Source of the DNA: Eledone cirrhosa
Lineage: Eukaryota
Assembly: GCA_964016885.1 (NCBI GenBank)
Contig: OZ024741.1
Coordinates: forward strand, 342,798,001 to 342,862,000
Direction: 5' to 3'
DNA: 64,000 nt
The notes beneath the pieces are model-generated. The model did no database searches, was not told the DNA's origin, and saw only the letters and a list, made by a program, of their open reading frames with translations. The position numbers and the translations under genes are program-made. Shown here one piece after another: positions 25,401 through 42,937 of this stretch. Every line of letters starts with the position of its first letter. Position 1 is the stretch's first letter.

Positions 25401-27116
25401 TGGAATAAATGCTCTGAAATAGCGATATATATGTGAATATAGACATAGAATATTCGAAAATATTCTGTATGTTTATAATAAACATTTTGAAGACCTAATC
25501 GCTATAGAATAGAATACGTCACGTATTACAATTAGATTCTCGATAAAAGCAAGGGAAGTAATCTACGCGTTTCATTCTCGTTAGAAATCATCAGGACTAC
25601 ATATCCAGTGCTTTTATCGAGAATGACACAGCTAGAGACTTATAGAATACTTAGCTGTGTACAGGAACTGGTTTGAAAGAGCGGTTGCCGGTCCGGCAGA
25701 AATTAGAAATTGGAATAAATGCTCTGAAATAGCGATATATATGTGAATATAGACATAGAATATTCGAAAATATTCTGTATGTTTATAATAAACATTTTGA
25801 AGACCTAATCGCTATAGAATAGAATACGTCACGTATTACAATTAGATTCTCGATAAAAGCAAGGGAAGTAATCTACGCGTTTCATTCTCGTTAGAAATCA
25901 TCAGGACTACATATCCAGTGCTTTTATCGAGAATGACACAGCTAGAGACTTATAGAATACTTAGCTGTGTACAGGAACTGGTTTGAAAGAGCGGTTGCCG
26001 GTCCGGCAGAAATTAGAAATTGGAATAAATGCTCTGAAATAGCGATATATATGTGAATATAGACATAGAATATTCGAAAATATTCTGTATGTTTATAATA
26101 AACATTTTGAAGACCTAATCGCTATAGAATAGAATACGTCACGTATTACAATTAGATTCTCGATAAAAGCAAGGGAAGTAATCTACGCGTTTCATTCTCG
26201 TTAGAAATCATCAGGACTACATATCCAGTGCTTTTATCGAGAATGACACAGCTAGAGACTTATAGAATACTTAGCTGTGTACAGGAACTGGTTTGAAAGA
26301 GCGGTTGCCGGTCCGGCAGAAATTAGAAATTGGAATAAATGCTCTGAAATAGCGATATATATGTGAATATAGACATAGAATATTCGAAAATATTCTGTAT
26401 GTTTATAATAAACATTTTGAAGACCTAATCGCTATAGAATAGAATACGTCACGTATTACAATTAGATTCTCGATAAAAGCAAGGGAAGTAATCTACGCGT
26501 TTCATTCTCGTTAGAAATCATCAGGACTACATATCCAGTGCTTTTATCGAGAATGACACAGCTAGAGACTTATAGAATACTTAGCTGTGTACAGGAACTG
26601 GTTTGAAAGAGCGGTTGCCGGTCCGGCAGAAATTAGAAATTGGAATAAATGCTCTGAAATAGCGATATATATGTGAATATAGACATAGAATATTCGAAAA
26701 TATTCTGTATGTTTATAATAAACATTTTGAAGACCTAATCGCTATAGAATAGAATACGTCACGTATTACAATTAGATTCTCGATAAAAGCAAGGGAAGTA
26801 ATCTACGCGTTTCATTCTCGTTAGAAATCATCAGGACTACATATCCAGTGCTTTTATCGAGAATGACACAGCTAGAGACTTATAGAATACTTAGCTGTGT
26901 ACAGGAACTGGTTTGAAAGAGCGGTTGCCGGTCCGGCAGAAATTAGAAATTGGAATAAATGCTCTGAAATAGCGATATATATGTGAATATAGACATAGAA
27001 TATTCGAAAATATTCTGTATGTTTATAATAAACATTTTGAAGACCTAATCGCTATAGAATAGAATACGTCACGTATTACAATTAGATTCTCGATAAAAGC
27101 AAGGGAAGTAATCTAC
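25401..27116 (-). mobile_element. Retrozyme-like tandem array: 5.5 apparently identical 310-bp units, each with a hammerhead
   Basis: Units start at 25401, 25711, 26021, 26331, 26641 and 26951. No ORF in the track. (TA)n flanks. Confidence 0.92.
25558..25600 (-). ncRNA. Minimal type I hammerhead (repeated at 25868, 26178, 26488, 26798)
   Basis: GUAGUC-CUGAUGA-U UUCU AACG AGAA U-GAAAC GC GUA^-GAUUAC. Palindromic ACGCGU stem III. Distal 16-bp stem 25536-25551/25609-25624. Confidence 0.92.
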
Positions 27117-27201
27117 ATATATATATATATGAATATATATATATATATGTACATGTACACATGTATACATATATATATATATAGATATGTATGTGTGTAT
27201 A

Positions 27202-27240
<39 letters not shown>

Positions 27241-27294
27241 TGTACACATGTATACATATATATATATATATATATAGATATGTATGTGTGTATA

Positions 27295-27351
<57 letters not shown>

Positions 27352-27433
27352 TATATGTACATGTACACATGTATACATATAAATATATATGTATACATAT
27401 ATATATATAGAGAGAGATATGTATGTGTGTATA

Positions 27434-27513
<80 letters not shown>

Positions 27514-27689
27514 ATATATAATTTCACGTTTTTCCTTTTATTGGTTTCTTTCTTGCACAATGAATATAATTTCGCCCGAAGTAATTTGTCGTATTTCATG
27601 CGTTATTCGAGGGTGCGGGGTAATATAATACAATAAGATACATATAAATATATAAATATATATACACCCACCAAAGAAGCATAAGACAA

Positions 27690-28541
27690 AGACATATATG
27701 TATGCATATATACATACATAAATACTCATACATACATACATATATACATACACGTATACATACATATACACATACATACAAACATACATACACACACACA
27801 TACATATATACATACATATATACACATATACATACACACACATATATATATATACATACATACATGAATACATGTATGCATGCATACATGCACACACACA
27901 CAGATACATATATACATACATACACGCATACATACACACATATATATATATACATACATACATACATGAATACATGCATGCATACATGCATACACACACA
28001 GATACACATATACTTACATACACGCATACATACACACACATATATATAAACATACATACATGCATACATACATACACATACATACATATATACATACATA
28101 CATATTTGCATACATGCATACATACATTTATACGTGCGTCTGTCTATCTATTTATATGTTTATTAGATTTTGTATATGTACGTATATATATATATGTATT
28201 TATGTGTGTATGTATTTATGTATATATAGATATATGTATGTATGTATGTATTTATGTATGTAGGTATAGATATATGTATGTATATATGTATGTGTGTGTG
28301 TATGTATGTATGTATGTATGTATGTATGTATGTATGTATGTATGTATGTATGTATGTATTTATGTATGTATAGATATATGTATGTATAAATATATGTATG
28401 TATGAATGTACGTATGAATATATGTATGTATGTATAGATATATGTATGTATGAATATATGTATGTATGTAAGTATGTATGTATGTGTTGTATATGTATGT
28501 ATGTGCTGTACATGTATGTGTTGTATATGTATGTAAGTATG

Positions 28542-28584
<43 letters not shown>

Positions 28585-29162
28585 GTATATATATATGTAT
28601 GTATGTATATATGTATGAATGTAAGTATGTATGCATGTGTTGTATATGTATGTATGTGTTATATATGTATGTATGTGTCATATATATATATACGTATGTG
28701 TTGTATATGTATGTGTTGTATATGTATGTGTTATATATGTATGTGTTATATATGTATGTGTTGTATATGTATGTATGGTTTATATATATATATGTATGTG
28801 TTATATATGTATGTATGTGTTGTATACGGATGTGTTGTATATATATATCTATGTATGTGTTTATATATATGTATGTGTTGTATATATATACGTATGTGTT
28901 GTATATGTATGTGTTATATATGTATGTGTTGTATATGTATGTATGTGTTGTATATATATATGTATGTATGTGTTGTATATGTATGTATGTGTTGTATATA
29001 TATATGTATGTGTTATATATGTATGTGTTGTATATGTATGTGTTGTATATGTATGTGTTGTATATATATATGTATGTATGTGTTTATATGTATGTATGTG
29101 TTGTATATATATGTATGTGTTATATATGTATGTGTTGTATATGTATATGTGTGTGTGTGTGT
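27690..29162. repeat. Degenerate (TACA)n tract followed by a (TATG)n tract
   Basis: Strand polarity switches near 28150. Confidence 0.9.
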
Positions 29163-29295
29163 TTACACATAATTCATTTCATAATAGCGTGAGAAATACT
29201 TTTCAGATAATTTTTATGGAGTAACAAAGGACATACTAATTTGTTTTAGCGATTTTTCTTTACCAATAGTCCTTGTTGTAGACTAATATGTTGTG

Positions 29296-29402
29296 CGCAT
29301 GCACATTCTCACCATGTACACGCATGCACATTCTCACCATGTACACGCATGCACATTCTCACCATGTACACGCATGCACATTCTCACCATGTACACGCAT
29401 GC
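29296..29402. repeat. 25-bp minisatellite, 4.3 copies
   Basis: cgcatgcacattctcaccatgtaca. Confidence 0.95.
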
Positions 29403-29489
29403 TCACACACATACATATACTTGGCAGAGATAAATACTAAACTACGCTCACAAAGAAAAAACGCACACACGCACATACACAAATATATT

Positions 29490-32400
29490 GGCATACACAG
29501 TCACAGGCTTACACAGACACAGGCACATACATACATAGGCATACACAGACATACACAGTCACAGACATACACAGACACAGACATACACAGACATAGCCAT
29601 ACACAGACACAGACATACACAGTCACAGACATACACAGACACAGCCATACACAGACACAGACATACACATACACAGCCATACACAGACATAGCCATACAC
29701 AGACACAGACACAGACATACACAGTCACAGACATACACAGACACAGCCATACACAGACATAGCCATACACAGACACAGACATACACAGACATAGCCATAC
29801 ACAGACACAGACATACACAGACACAGACATACACAGACACAGACATACACAGACACAGCCACATACACAGACACAGACATGCACAGACACAGCCATACAC
29901 AGACACAGACATACACAGACGCAGACATACACAGACACAGACATACACAGACGCAGACATACACAGTCACAGACATACACAGACACAGACATACACAGAC
30001 ACAGACATGCACAGACACAGACATACACAGACACAGACATACACAGACGCAGACATACACAGTCACAGACATACACAGACATAGCCATACACAGACACAG
30101 ACATACACAGACATAGCCATACACAGACACAGACTTACACATACACAGCCATACACAGACACAGCCATACACAGACACAGACACATGCACAGACACAGCC
30201 ATACACAGACACAGACATACACAGACACAGCTATACACAGACACAGCCATACACAGACACAGACATACACAGACACAGACATACACAGACGCAGCCATAC
30301 ACAGACACAGCCATACACAGTCACAGCCATACACAGACACAGGCTTACACAAACACAGACAGACACAGACACAGCCATACACAGACACAGACATACACAG
30401 ACGCAGACATACACAGTCACAGACATACACAGACATAGCCATACACAGACACAGCCATACACAGACACAGACATACACAGACACAGACATACACAGACGC
30501 AGACATACACAGTCACAGACATACACAGACATAGCCATACACAGACACAGCTATACACAGACACAGCCATACACAGACACAGACATACACAGACACAGAC
30601 ATACATAGACACAGACATACACAGACACAGACAGACACAGACACAGACATACACAGACACAGACATACACAGACACAGACATACACAGACACAGACATAC
30701 ACAGACACAGCCACATACAGACACAGCCATACACAGACACAGACATACACAGTCACACACATACACAGACACAGCCTCACGCAGACACAGACATACAGAG
30801 ACACAGACATACACATACACAGACATACACATACACAGACATACACAGTCACAGGCTTACACAGACAGAGACACATACATACATAGGCATACACAGACAT
30901 ACACAAAAACAGGCGCAGACACAGGCACAGACATACACAGACACAGACATACACAGACACAGACATACACAGACACAGACATACACAGACACAGACATAC
31001 ACAGACACAGCCATACACAGACACAGACATACACAAACACAGTGTTAGACAGACACAGACATACAGAGACACAGACATACAGAGACACAGCCATACACAG
31101 ACACAGCCATACACAGACACAGACATACACAGACATAGACATACACAGACACAGCCACACACAGCCACAGGCTTACACAGACACAGACATACACAGACAC
31201 AGCCACACACAGACACAGTCATACACAGACACAGACATACACAGACACAGCCACACACAGACACAGTCATACACAGACACAGCCATACACAGACACAGCC
31301 ATACACAGACACAGACATACACAGACACAGACATACACATCCACAGACATACACAGACACAGACAGACAGAGACACAGCCACACACAGACACAAACATAC
31401 ACAGACACAGACATACACACACACAACCATACACAGACGCAGACATACACACACACAGCCATACACAGACACAAACATACACAGACACAGACATACACAT
31501 CCACAGACATACACAGACACAGACAGACACAGACACAGCCATACACAGACACAGACATACACATACACAGACATACATAGACACAGACATACACAGACAT
31601 AGCCACACAAAGACACAGACATACACAGACACAGCCATACACAGACACAGACATACACAGACATAGCCACACAAAGACACAGACATACACACACACAGCC
31701 ATACACAGACACAGACATACACAGACACAGACATACACAGACACAGACATACACAGACACAGACATACACAGACATAGCCACACAAAGACACAGACATAC
31801 ACACACACAGCCATACACAGACACAGCCATACACAGACACAGACATACACAGACACAGACATACACAGACACAGACATACACAGACATAGCCACACAAAG
31901 ACACAGACATACACACACACAGCCATACACAGACACAGACACAGACATACACACACACAGCCATACACAGACACAAACATACACAGACACAGACATACAC
32001 ATCCACAGACATACACAGACACAGACAGACACAGACACAGCCATACACAGACACAGACATACACAGACACAGACATACACAGACACAGACATACACAGAC
32101 ATAGCCACACAAAGACACAGACATACACAGACACAGCCACATACAGACACAGCCATACACAGACACAGACATACACAGACATAGCCATACACAGACACAG
32201 ACATACACAGACACAGACATACACAGACACAGCCATACACAGACACAGACATACACAGACACAGCCACATACAGACACAGCCATTTACAGACACAGACAT
32301 ACACAGACACAGACATACACAGACACAGCCACATACAGACACAGCCATACACAGACACAGCCACATACAGACACAGCCATACACAGACACAGACATACAC

Positions 32401-35400
32401 AGTCACAGACATACACAGACACAGCCACATACAGACACAGCCATACACAGACACAGACATACACAGACACAGACATACACAGACACAGCCATACACAGAC
32501 ACAGCCACATACAGACACAGCCATACACAGACACAGCCATACTCAGACACAGCCATACACAGACATAGCCACACACAGACACAGACATACACAGACACAG
32601 ACATACACAGACACAGCCACATACAGACACAGCCATACACAGACATAGACATACACAGACACAGACATACACAGACACAGCCATACACAGACACAGCCAC
32701 ATACAGACACAGCCATACACAGACACAGCCATAAACAGACACAGCCATACACAGACACAGCCATACACAGACACAGCCACATACAGACACAGCCATACAC
32801 AGACACAGACATACACAGACATAGCCATACACAGACACAGACATACACAGACACAGCCATACACAGACACAGACATACACAAACACAGTCTTAGACAGAC
32901 ACAGACATACAGAGACACAGCCATACACAGACACAGACATACACAGACACAGACATACACAGACACAGACATACACAGACACAGACATTTACAGACACAG
33001 ACATACACAGACACAGCCATACACAGACACAGACATACACAAACACAGTCTTAGACAGACACAGACATACAGAGACACAGACATACAGAGACACAGCCAT
33101 ACACAGACACAGCCATACACAGACACATACATACACAGACATAGACATACACAGACACAGCCACACACAGCCACAGGCTTACACAGACACAGACATACAC
33201 AGACACAGCCACACACAGACACAGTCATACACAGACACAGACATACACAGACAGAGCCACACACAGACACAGTCATACACAGACACAGCCATACACAGAC
33301 ACAGCCATATACAGACACAGCCATACACAGACACAGCCACATACAGACACAGACATACACAGACACAGACATACACAGACACAGACATACACAGACACAG
33401 CCACATACAGACACAGCCACATACAGACACAGACATACACAGACACAGACATACACATCCACAGACATACACAGACACAGACAGACAGAGACACAGCCAC
33501 ACACAGACACAAACATACACAGACACAGACATACACACACACATCCATACACAGACACAGACATACACACACACAGCCATACACAGACACAAACATACAC
33601 AGACACAGACATACACATCCACAGAAATACACAGACACAGACAGACACAGACACAGCCATACACAGACACAGACATACACAGACACAGACATACACAGAC
33701 ACAGACATACACAGACACAGCCATACACAGACACAGCCACATACAGACACAGCCATACACAGACACAGACATACACAGACATAGCCATACACAGACACAG
33801 ACATACACAGACACAGACATACACAGACACAGCCATACACAGACACAGACATACACAGACACAGCCACATACAGACACAGCCATACACAGACACAGCCAC
33901 ATACAGACACAGCCATACACAGACACAGACATACACAGTCACAGACATACACAGACACAGCCACATACAGACACAGCCATACACAGACACAGACATACAC
34001 AGACACAGACATACACAGACACAGCCATACACAGACACAGCCACATACAGACACAGCCATACACAGACACAGACATACACAGACATAGCCATACACAGAC
34101 ACAGACATACACAGACACAGACATACACAGACACAGCCATACACAGACACAGACATACACAGACACAGCCACATACAGACACAGCCATACACAGACACAG
34201 ACATACACAGACACAGCCACATACAGACACAGCCATACACAGACACAGCCACATACAGACACAGCCATACACAGACACAGACATACACAGACACAGCCAT
34301 ACACAGACACAGCCACATACAGACACAGCCATACACAGACACAGCCATACACAGACACAGACATACACAGACACAGACATACACAGACACAGCCATACAC
34401 AGACACAGCCACATACAGACACAGCCATACACAGACACAGACATACACAGACATAGCCATACACAGACACAGACATACACAGACACAGACATACACAGAC
34501 ACAGCCATACACCACAGACACAGACATACACAGACACAGCCACATACAGACACAGCCATACACAGACACAGACATACACAGACACAGCCACATACAGACA
34601 CAGCCATACACAGACACAGACATACACAGTCACAGACATACACAGACACAGCCGCATACAGACACAGCCATACACAGACACAGACATACACAGACACAGA
34701 CATACACAGACACAGCCACATACAGACACAGCCATACACAGACACAGACATACACAGACACAGACATACACAGACACAGCCATATACAGACACAGCCATA
34801 CACAGACACAGCCATACACAGACACAGACATACATAGACACAGCCATACACAGACACAGCCATACACAGACACAGACATACACATCCACAGACATACACA
34901 GACACAGACAGACAGAGACAGCCACACACAAACACAGACAGACAGAGACACAGCCACACACAGACACAAACATACACACAGACATACACAGACACAGCCA
35001 CACACAGACACAGACATACACAGACATACACAGACACAGCCACACACAGACACAGACATACACACACACAGACATACACAGACACAGTCACACACAGACA
35101 CAGTATACACACACACAGACATACACAGACACAGCCATACACAGACACAGACATACACAGACACAGACATACACAGACATAGCCACACAAAGACACAGAC
35201 ATACACAGACACAGCCATACACAGACACAGCCACATACAGACACAGCCATACACAGACACAGACATACACAGACATAGCCATACACAGACACAGACATAC
35301 ACAGACACAGACATACACAGACACAGCCATACACAGACACAGACATACACAGACACAGCCACATACAGACACAGCCATACACAGACACAGACATACACAG

Positions 35401-36690
35401 ACACAGACATACACATACACAGCCACATACAGACACAGCCATACACAGACACAGCCACATACAGACACAGCCATACACAGACACAGACATACACAGTCAC
35501 AGACATACACAGACACAGCCACATACAGACACAGCCATACACAGACACAGACATACACAGACACAGACATACACAGACACAGCCATACACAGACACAGCC
35601 ACATACAGACACAGCCATACACAGACACAGACATACACAGACACAGACATACACAGACACAGCCATACACAGACACAGACATACACAGACACAGCCACAT
35701 ACAGACACAGCCATACACAGACACAGACATACACAGACACAGACATACACAGACACAGCCACATACAGACACAGCCATACACAGACACAGACATACACAG
35801 ACACAGACATACACAGACACAGCCATACACAGACACAGACATAGACAGACACAGCCATACACAGACACAGCCATACACAGACACAGACATACACAGACAC
35901 AGACATACACAGACACGGCCATACACAGACACAGACATACACAGACACAGCCACATACAGACACAGCCATACACAGACACAGACATACACAGACACAGCC
36001 ACATACAGACACAGCCATACACAGACACAGCCACATACAGACACAGCCATACACAGACACAGACATACACAGTCACAGACATACACAGACACAGCCACAT
36101 ACAGACACAGCCATACACAGACTCAGACATACACATCCACAGACATACACAGACACAGACAGACAGAGACACAGCCACATACAGACACAGCCATACACAG
36201 ACACAGACATACACAGACACAGACCTACACAGACACAGCCATACACAGACACAGGCATAGACAGACACAGCCATACACAGACACAGCCATACACAGACAC
36301 AGACATACACATCCACAGACATACACAGACACAGACAGACAGAGACACAGCGACACACAGACACAGACAGACAGAGACACAGCCACACACAGACACAGAC
36401 AGACAGAGACACAGCCACACACAGACACAAACATACACACAGACATACACAGACACAGCCACACACAGCCACAGACATACACAGACACAGCCACACACAG
36501 ACACAGACATACACACACACAGACATACACAGACACAGCCACACACAGACACAGACATACACACACACAGACATACACAGACACAGACATACACAGACAC
36601 AGACATACACACACACAGACATACACACACACAGACATACACACACACAGACATACACAGACACAGACATACACAGACACAGACACACTA
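29490..36690. repeat. 7.2-kb satellite of 6-bp monomers (18-bp ACACAGACACAGACATAC / ...CCATAC unit) with higher-order duplications
   Basis: Rare markers (atccacag, agtcttagacag, ccacaggctt, acaaagac) recur in blocks. Confidence 0.95.
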
Positions 36691-36809
36691 ATACAGATAG
36701 GAGCCAGGAACTATAAACACACGAATGCGCGTAATTAAATCGTCCGAATATCCGGAACAAAATTTTCCTCCTCATCATCACATAAACACCCACCCCCGTT
36801 TATTAGCAA

Positions 36810-37975
<1,166 letters not shown>

Positions 37976-38022
37976 CTTTCACCGTATTTTTGACTAAAGG
38001 AATTTTAGCTAGATAACGGGGT

Positions 38023-38233
<211 letters not shown>

Positions 38234-38333
38234 ATATCCATATATATATATATATAACAAAGAAGGTGTGGTAAGATACCAGATGGACCATAACGCACTA
38301 GAGTACTCGATACTTAGGTTAGTAGAGTTGGTA

Positions 38334-38443
38334 ATATGAAAAGATTCAGTAACCCGACGGCTGAGCCTTGGCCGTTTCGACAGCTAGTGTTCAAACCTTG
38401 CCGTTGAAAAGGCCGGAGCTCAGCCGTCGGGGTCCTGAATCTA

Positions 38444-38450
<7 letters not shown>
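38334..38450. repeat. Imperfect terminal hairpin (~33-bp arms) in a (TA)n-flanked island
   Basis: atatgaaaagattcagtaacccgacggctgagc / gctcagccgtcggggtcctgaatctattcatat. Confidence 0.8.
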
Positions 38451-38534
<84 letters not shown>

Positions 38535-38547
38535 ATATATATATATA

Positions 38548-39625
38548 TGTGTAACTGTGTACAACCAGGAATGTGTCCGTTGAATAATCAGTGTCTTGAA
38601 CGCAACATCATATACAAATGTACTATCGAATCGGGTAGCCAGAAGTCGCACTATGTGGGATCTACAGCTACCTCCTTCAAATCTTGCCTTTATAGACATC
38701 GCTTCTCGATAAAACATGAAAACCCGCGTTATGTAACAACATTCGCAGACAAGGCTTGGCAGCGGCGCGAAAATAACTAAAAATTTAACCTAAAATGGGA
38801 TATAATAGTTTATACCCAAGCATATACATGGACAGAAATTTTGTAGATTGTGTAATATGGAAATATTACACATTGTGAAATCCAAAAATATTTTATTAAA
38901 TAACAGAATAGAGCGATCGTTATACTGTAACTATCGCTTGAAATCTACATTTTCATATTACAAACGCTACCAGGATTGAACGCCTGTCTCCATCTCTGTT
39001 TGATTGTCAAAATACATATTAACATTCTCTATTAGTTTTATTTCTATCAACACTTCTATTCTTTATCATTTAATATAAAATTCTATAGATAAAATAAGAT
39101 TTATCAATTCAATTCCCTAAAACATATACCAGCAGGCTACCAGCATTGTTGTTACACAGTAGCAGTGAATATCTCTCTTCCTTACTTGACACTTTATATC
39201 TGTATTAATACTACTACATCAAACCACCAGCCCTGTCCATTGTTCAACTGGTCAAATCTAAATTTAAATAGGCACTCCCAAAAATTCTTATTTAGATAAA
39301 ATAAGCCATATACTCATTGTATTCTCATTAAAAACCTTCTATACACTTCTTTACCAGCAAATTGAATTGCCATCTGTCATAGACTTTCCCCTCTCCTCTT
39401 CGTTTCTTACAACTAATATAAATACTTTGATTTTTCTGATATTTTCCAATTTATCCAATATCTCTGAAGAAGTGACAACTGATTATACATTTGCTATCGA
39501 TTACGTGCTAATATTATATAATTACGCAAGCAGCGATACATAGGTATTCCGTCTGTTACAGAAACATATATCAATACCTAATAAATTCCTTTATAAAAGC
39601 ACTTTCATTTTATATTCATCTTTTC
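38548..39625 (+). mobile_element. Naiad-type PLE 3' fragment (GIY-YIG and 3'UTR)
   Basis: [27 protein letters not shown]. Degenerate long-stem-II HHR at ~39460-39577 (CUGAAGA-A GUGACA...UGUUAC A-GAAAC AUAU AUC). (TA)n flanks. Confidence 0.85.
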
Positions 39626-39958
39626 TATATATATATATATGTAGATAAATCTACCAAAATATACGGTAGTGTCCAATCCGTATGAAGAACTCAATGTAAT
39701 CCAAATATCATGAAAAGAGAAGATGTATTCAAAAATGTTTTCGATGAAAATCACAGGAAAACAGTCAAGATAAATTAATAAAAACAATGAATAAAAACAA
39801 AGAAACAGTTCCTTATATTAAAAAATTCATCATTTTATGATCGTTTCTAGGATATATATGTGTGTTGGTATGTATATCATATAGATCTATGTAAAAATTT
39901 TACAAACTATCAGAGGGAATATACATACCTACACATATATATGGCGTCTTCAGAAATA

Positions 39959-40083
<125 letters not shown>

Positions 40084-40295
40084 GTGTTACCACATCAATT
40101 TCGTCAATTTCAATCTTATCATTATTTTACGATTGAGAGATATTTTTTATTATAAAAAGTGATGCAACAGACATTTAAATTATTTGTCTCCGAATAGAAA
40201 ATAACGAAAAAAATATTAAAGCTTTACAAAGGGTTAATAGTTTTGAATAAAAACAATGTCACATGCAAACATTATTATAAATATGTATTTATAAA

Positions 40296-40490
40296 GGGTG
40301 GTAGGCTGGCAGTATCCGTAGAGGGTCGGACGCCATTCTTTGACGCATAGAGTTACGGCCCTTGCCATTATGAGTTCAAATCCCGCCGAGGTTAACTTTG
40401 CCTTTCATCCTTACGTGGTCGATAAAATAAAGTACCAGTAATGTACTGGGTAATTGCTGGCCTTGTGCCAAAAGTAGAAACAATTATTAT
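40296..40490 (+). mobile_element. Nin/Deu-domain SINE
   Basis: Same motif set as the 20 kb cluster. Confidence 0.85.
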
Positions 40491-41187
40491 AAATATGTAT
40501 TTTATGTATGTACCCATAACTGCTGATGGAATTGTAAGGGTGTCGCAGCGATGCACGTTGTTTCTTGGTCACTTTTTCAAACCTGACAGAGCCCGTCTTA
40601 TCTCAAGATCTGAAAACAGCCGATTTCTTCCAGAGAAGGATAAAGACTGACAAAGAGGAAGAATCGATCATATTACTGAACTGGAACTTTTTATATCAAT
40701 CTTAAAACGATGAAATGATAAGTTGACTTCGGGAGTTTTGAACTCAAAGCGTAGCTTTGGATCAAATACCACAAAGCATTCTATCCAACGTTCTAACGAC
40801 TCTGCCAATTGGCCTCCTACCGTAAATACATATTCATTTAAACCTACATATATTATACAATAAAGAATAAAAATATGAATAAAAACGGTTTAACCTTTTA
40901 TATATTATTCACATTTCTTATCTCCCTTAATATATACCTAAAACATCCGGTACAATCAACATCGGTAATCAATGATAGATCGATGTTGATGCAATAAATT
41001 ATTTGATCGAATATTTCAGCAACCAATTAAATGGCAATGTACTGTTAACTACACATATCTTGAAATCTTTCAAATACATATCATTCTTTTATCATAAATC
41101 AATCGTCTGGAATAATCAGAAAAGGGAAATTTGGTGTTATGATTCAAAGGGCTTCTAAAACACAAACATTCGCCGATATGCACACAC

Positions 41188-41262
<75 letters not shown>

Positions 41263-41396
41263 ACACACCCAACACACAACAAACACACACGCACACGCAC
41301 AACACACACACGCGCACACACACACACAACTGACACACGCACGCACACACGCACACACAAACACACATGCACACACACACACAAACAAACACACAC

Positions 41397-41431
<35 letters not shown>

Positions 41432-41583
41432 TTAAGACATACAGAGAAAGATACTGGCACTAGAAATTTGAAGTGATTGCAATATCATATACTATACGTA
41501 CATAGACCGTATCACAAATGAACAAACAGAACCGCAAGACTATTCAACATCACATTGGACACCATGAAGACCTTCTTAAAATA

Positions 41584-42236
41584 AAAATTTCTTCTTTAGG
41601 CATAAGGCCAGTAATTTGTGTCTGTGTGTGTGTGTGTGGGGGGGGGGGGGGTGCTCGATTAAATCGACTCCAGTTCATTACTGGTACTTTATTTTATCGG
41701 CCCCGTAAGGATAAAAGGCAAAGTTAACCTCGGCGGGATGTGAACTCAGATCATAAAGAGCCGTAACTCTATGCTGCAAAGCATGGTGTCAACAACACCG
41801 AAGGAGCACTGAGCTGTGTTCGGTAATGCAATGACCACATGCAATAAGAATAAGACAAATAATATTGTTTCTACTTTTGACACAAGTCCAGCAATTATCC
41901 CAGAGCATTACTGGTACTTTATTTTATCTACCCCCGTCAGGATAAAAGGCAAAACTAACCTCGGCGAGATTTGAACTCAGATCGTAAAGGGCTATAACTA
42001 AATGCTACAAAACATTTTGTCCGACGCTGTACCGATTCTGACAATCCACAAAATAATTGTTTCTACTTTTGGCACAAGGCCAACAATTATCCCAGTGCAT
42101 TACTGGTGTTTTATTTTATTGACCCCGAAAGGCAAATTTAACCTCTGTGGGATTTGAACTCAAACAGTAAAGGGCAGTAACTCTATGCTGCAAGGCATAG
42201 CGTCTGACGCTCTACCGATATTACTAATTCACCGAC
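41584..42236 (-). mobile_element. Cluster of three Nin/Deu-domain SINEs
   Basis: ggtactttattttatc..aaaggcaaagttaacctcggcgggatttgaactcag-type motif three times. Confidence 0.85.
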
Positions 42237-42237
42237 C

Positions 42238-42480
42238 TCAGACCTTAAAATATTGAAGAAACGAAAGCTGAGATGGTACGGCCATTTAACAAGATCCAAT
42301 AGCTCTGAAAAACCATCTTGAAATTGACCGTGGAGTGGGAGTGAAAATGAGGCGCTCAAAAAAAAAAAAAAAAAAATTAGAAAAAAGATTAAAAAGTGGA
42401 CAGGCATATCACTAGCGTTGACACGATATCCGGTACGAAACCAACAACATGACCACGAGATCCGGTAATTGACCAATAAG
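42238..42480 (+). pseudogene. Degenerate RTE LINE C-terminal fragment
   Basis: LKILKKRKLRWYGHLTRS motif. Confidence 0.6.
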
Positions 42481-42735
42481 ACCAATAACACTGGTGCCCG
42501 GCTTATCACAACAGCGCCATTAAAATCCACTGGGAGCTGAGCGCTTAGGATGCGATACAATATATATCTGTAAATATCATTGAATCTTTTCTTATCTCAA
42601 AGTCGTCCCAATTATATCATGTCAGATGCTACGTCATATGTATTGCGTCATATGTTAAATCTGGCCATTATGTTAGTTGTCTGAATTCTTTTTACTAAAG
42701 TGTATAGCAGCTTATAATGTGTGTGTCTGTGTGTA

Positions 42736-42784
<49 letters not shown>

Positions 42785-42824
42785 ACATATCTATCTATCT
42801 CTCTCTCTATATATATATAACTTA

Positions 42825-42937
<113 letters not shown>

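Noticed and set aside
25401-27116. CRISPR array or 5S/snRNA tandem locus
   Set aside because: No unique spacers and no similarity to structural RNAs that I recognise. The hammerhead explains the array.
38368-38400. Hammerhead in the loop of the 38334-38450 hairpin
   Set aside because: GAAAC is present, but there is no valid core or UH triplet.
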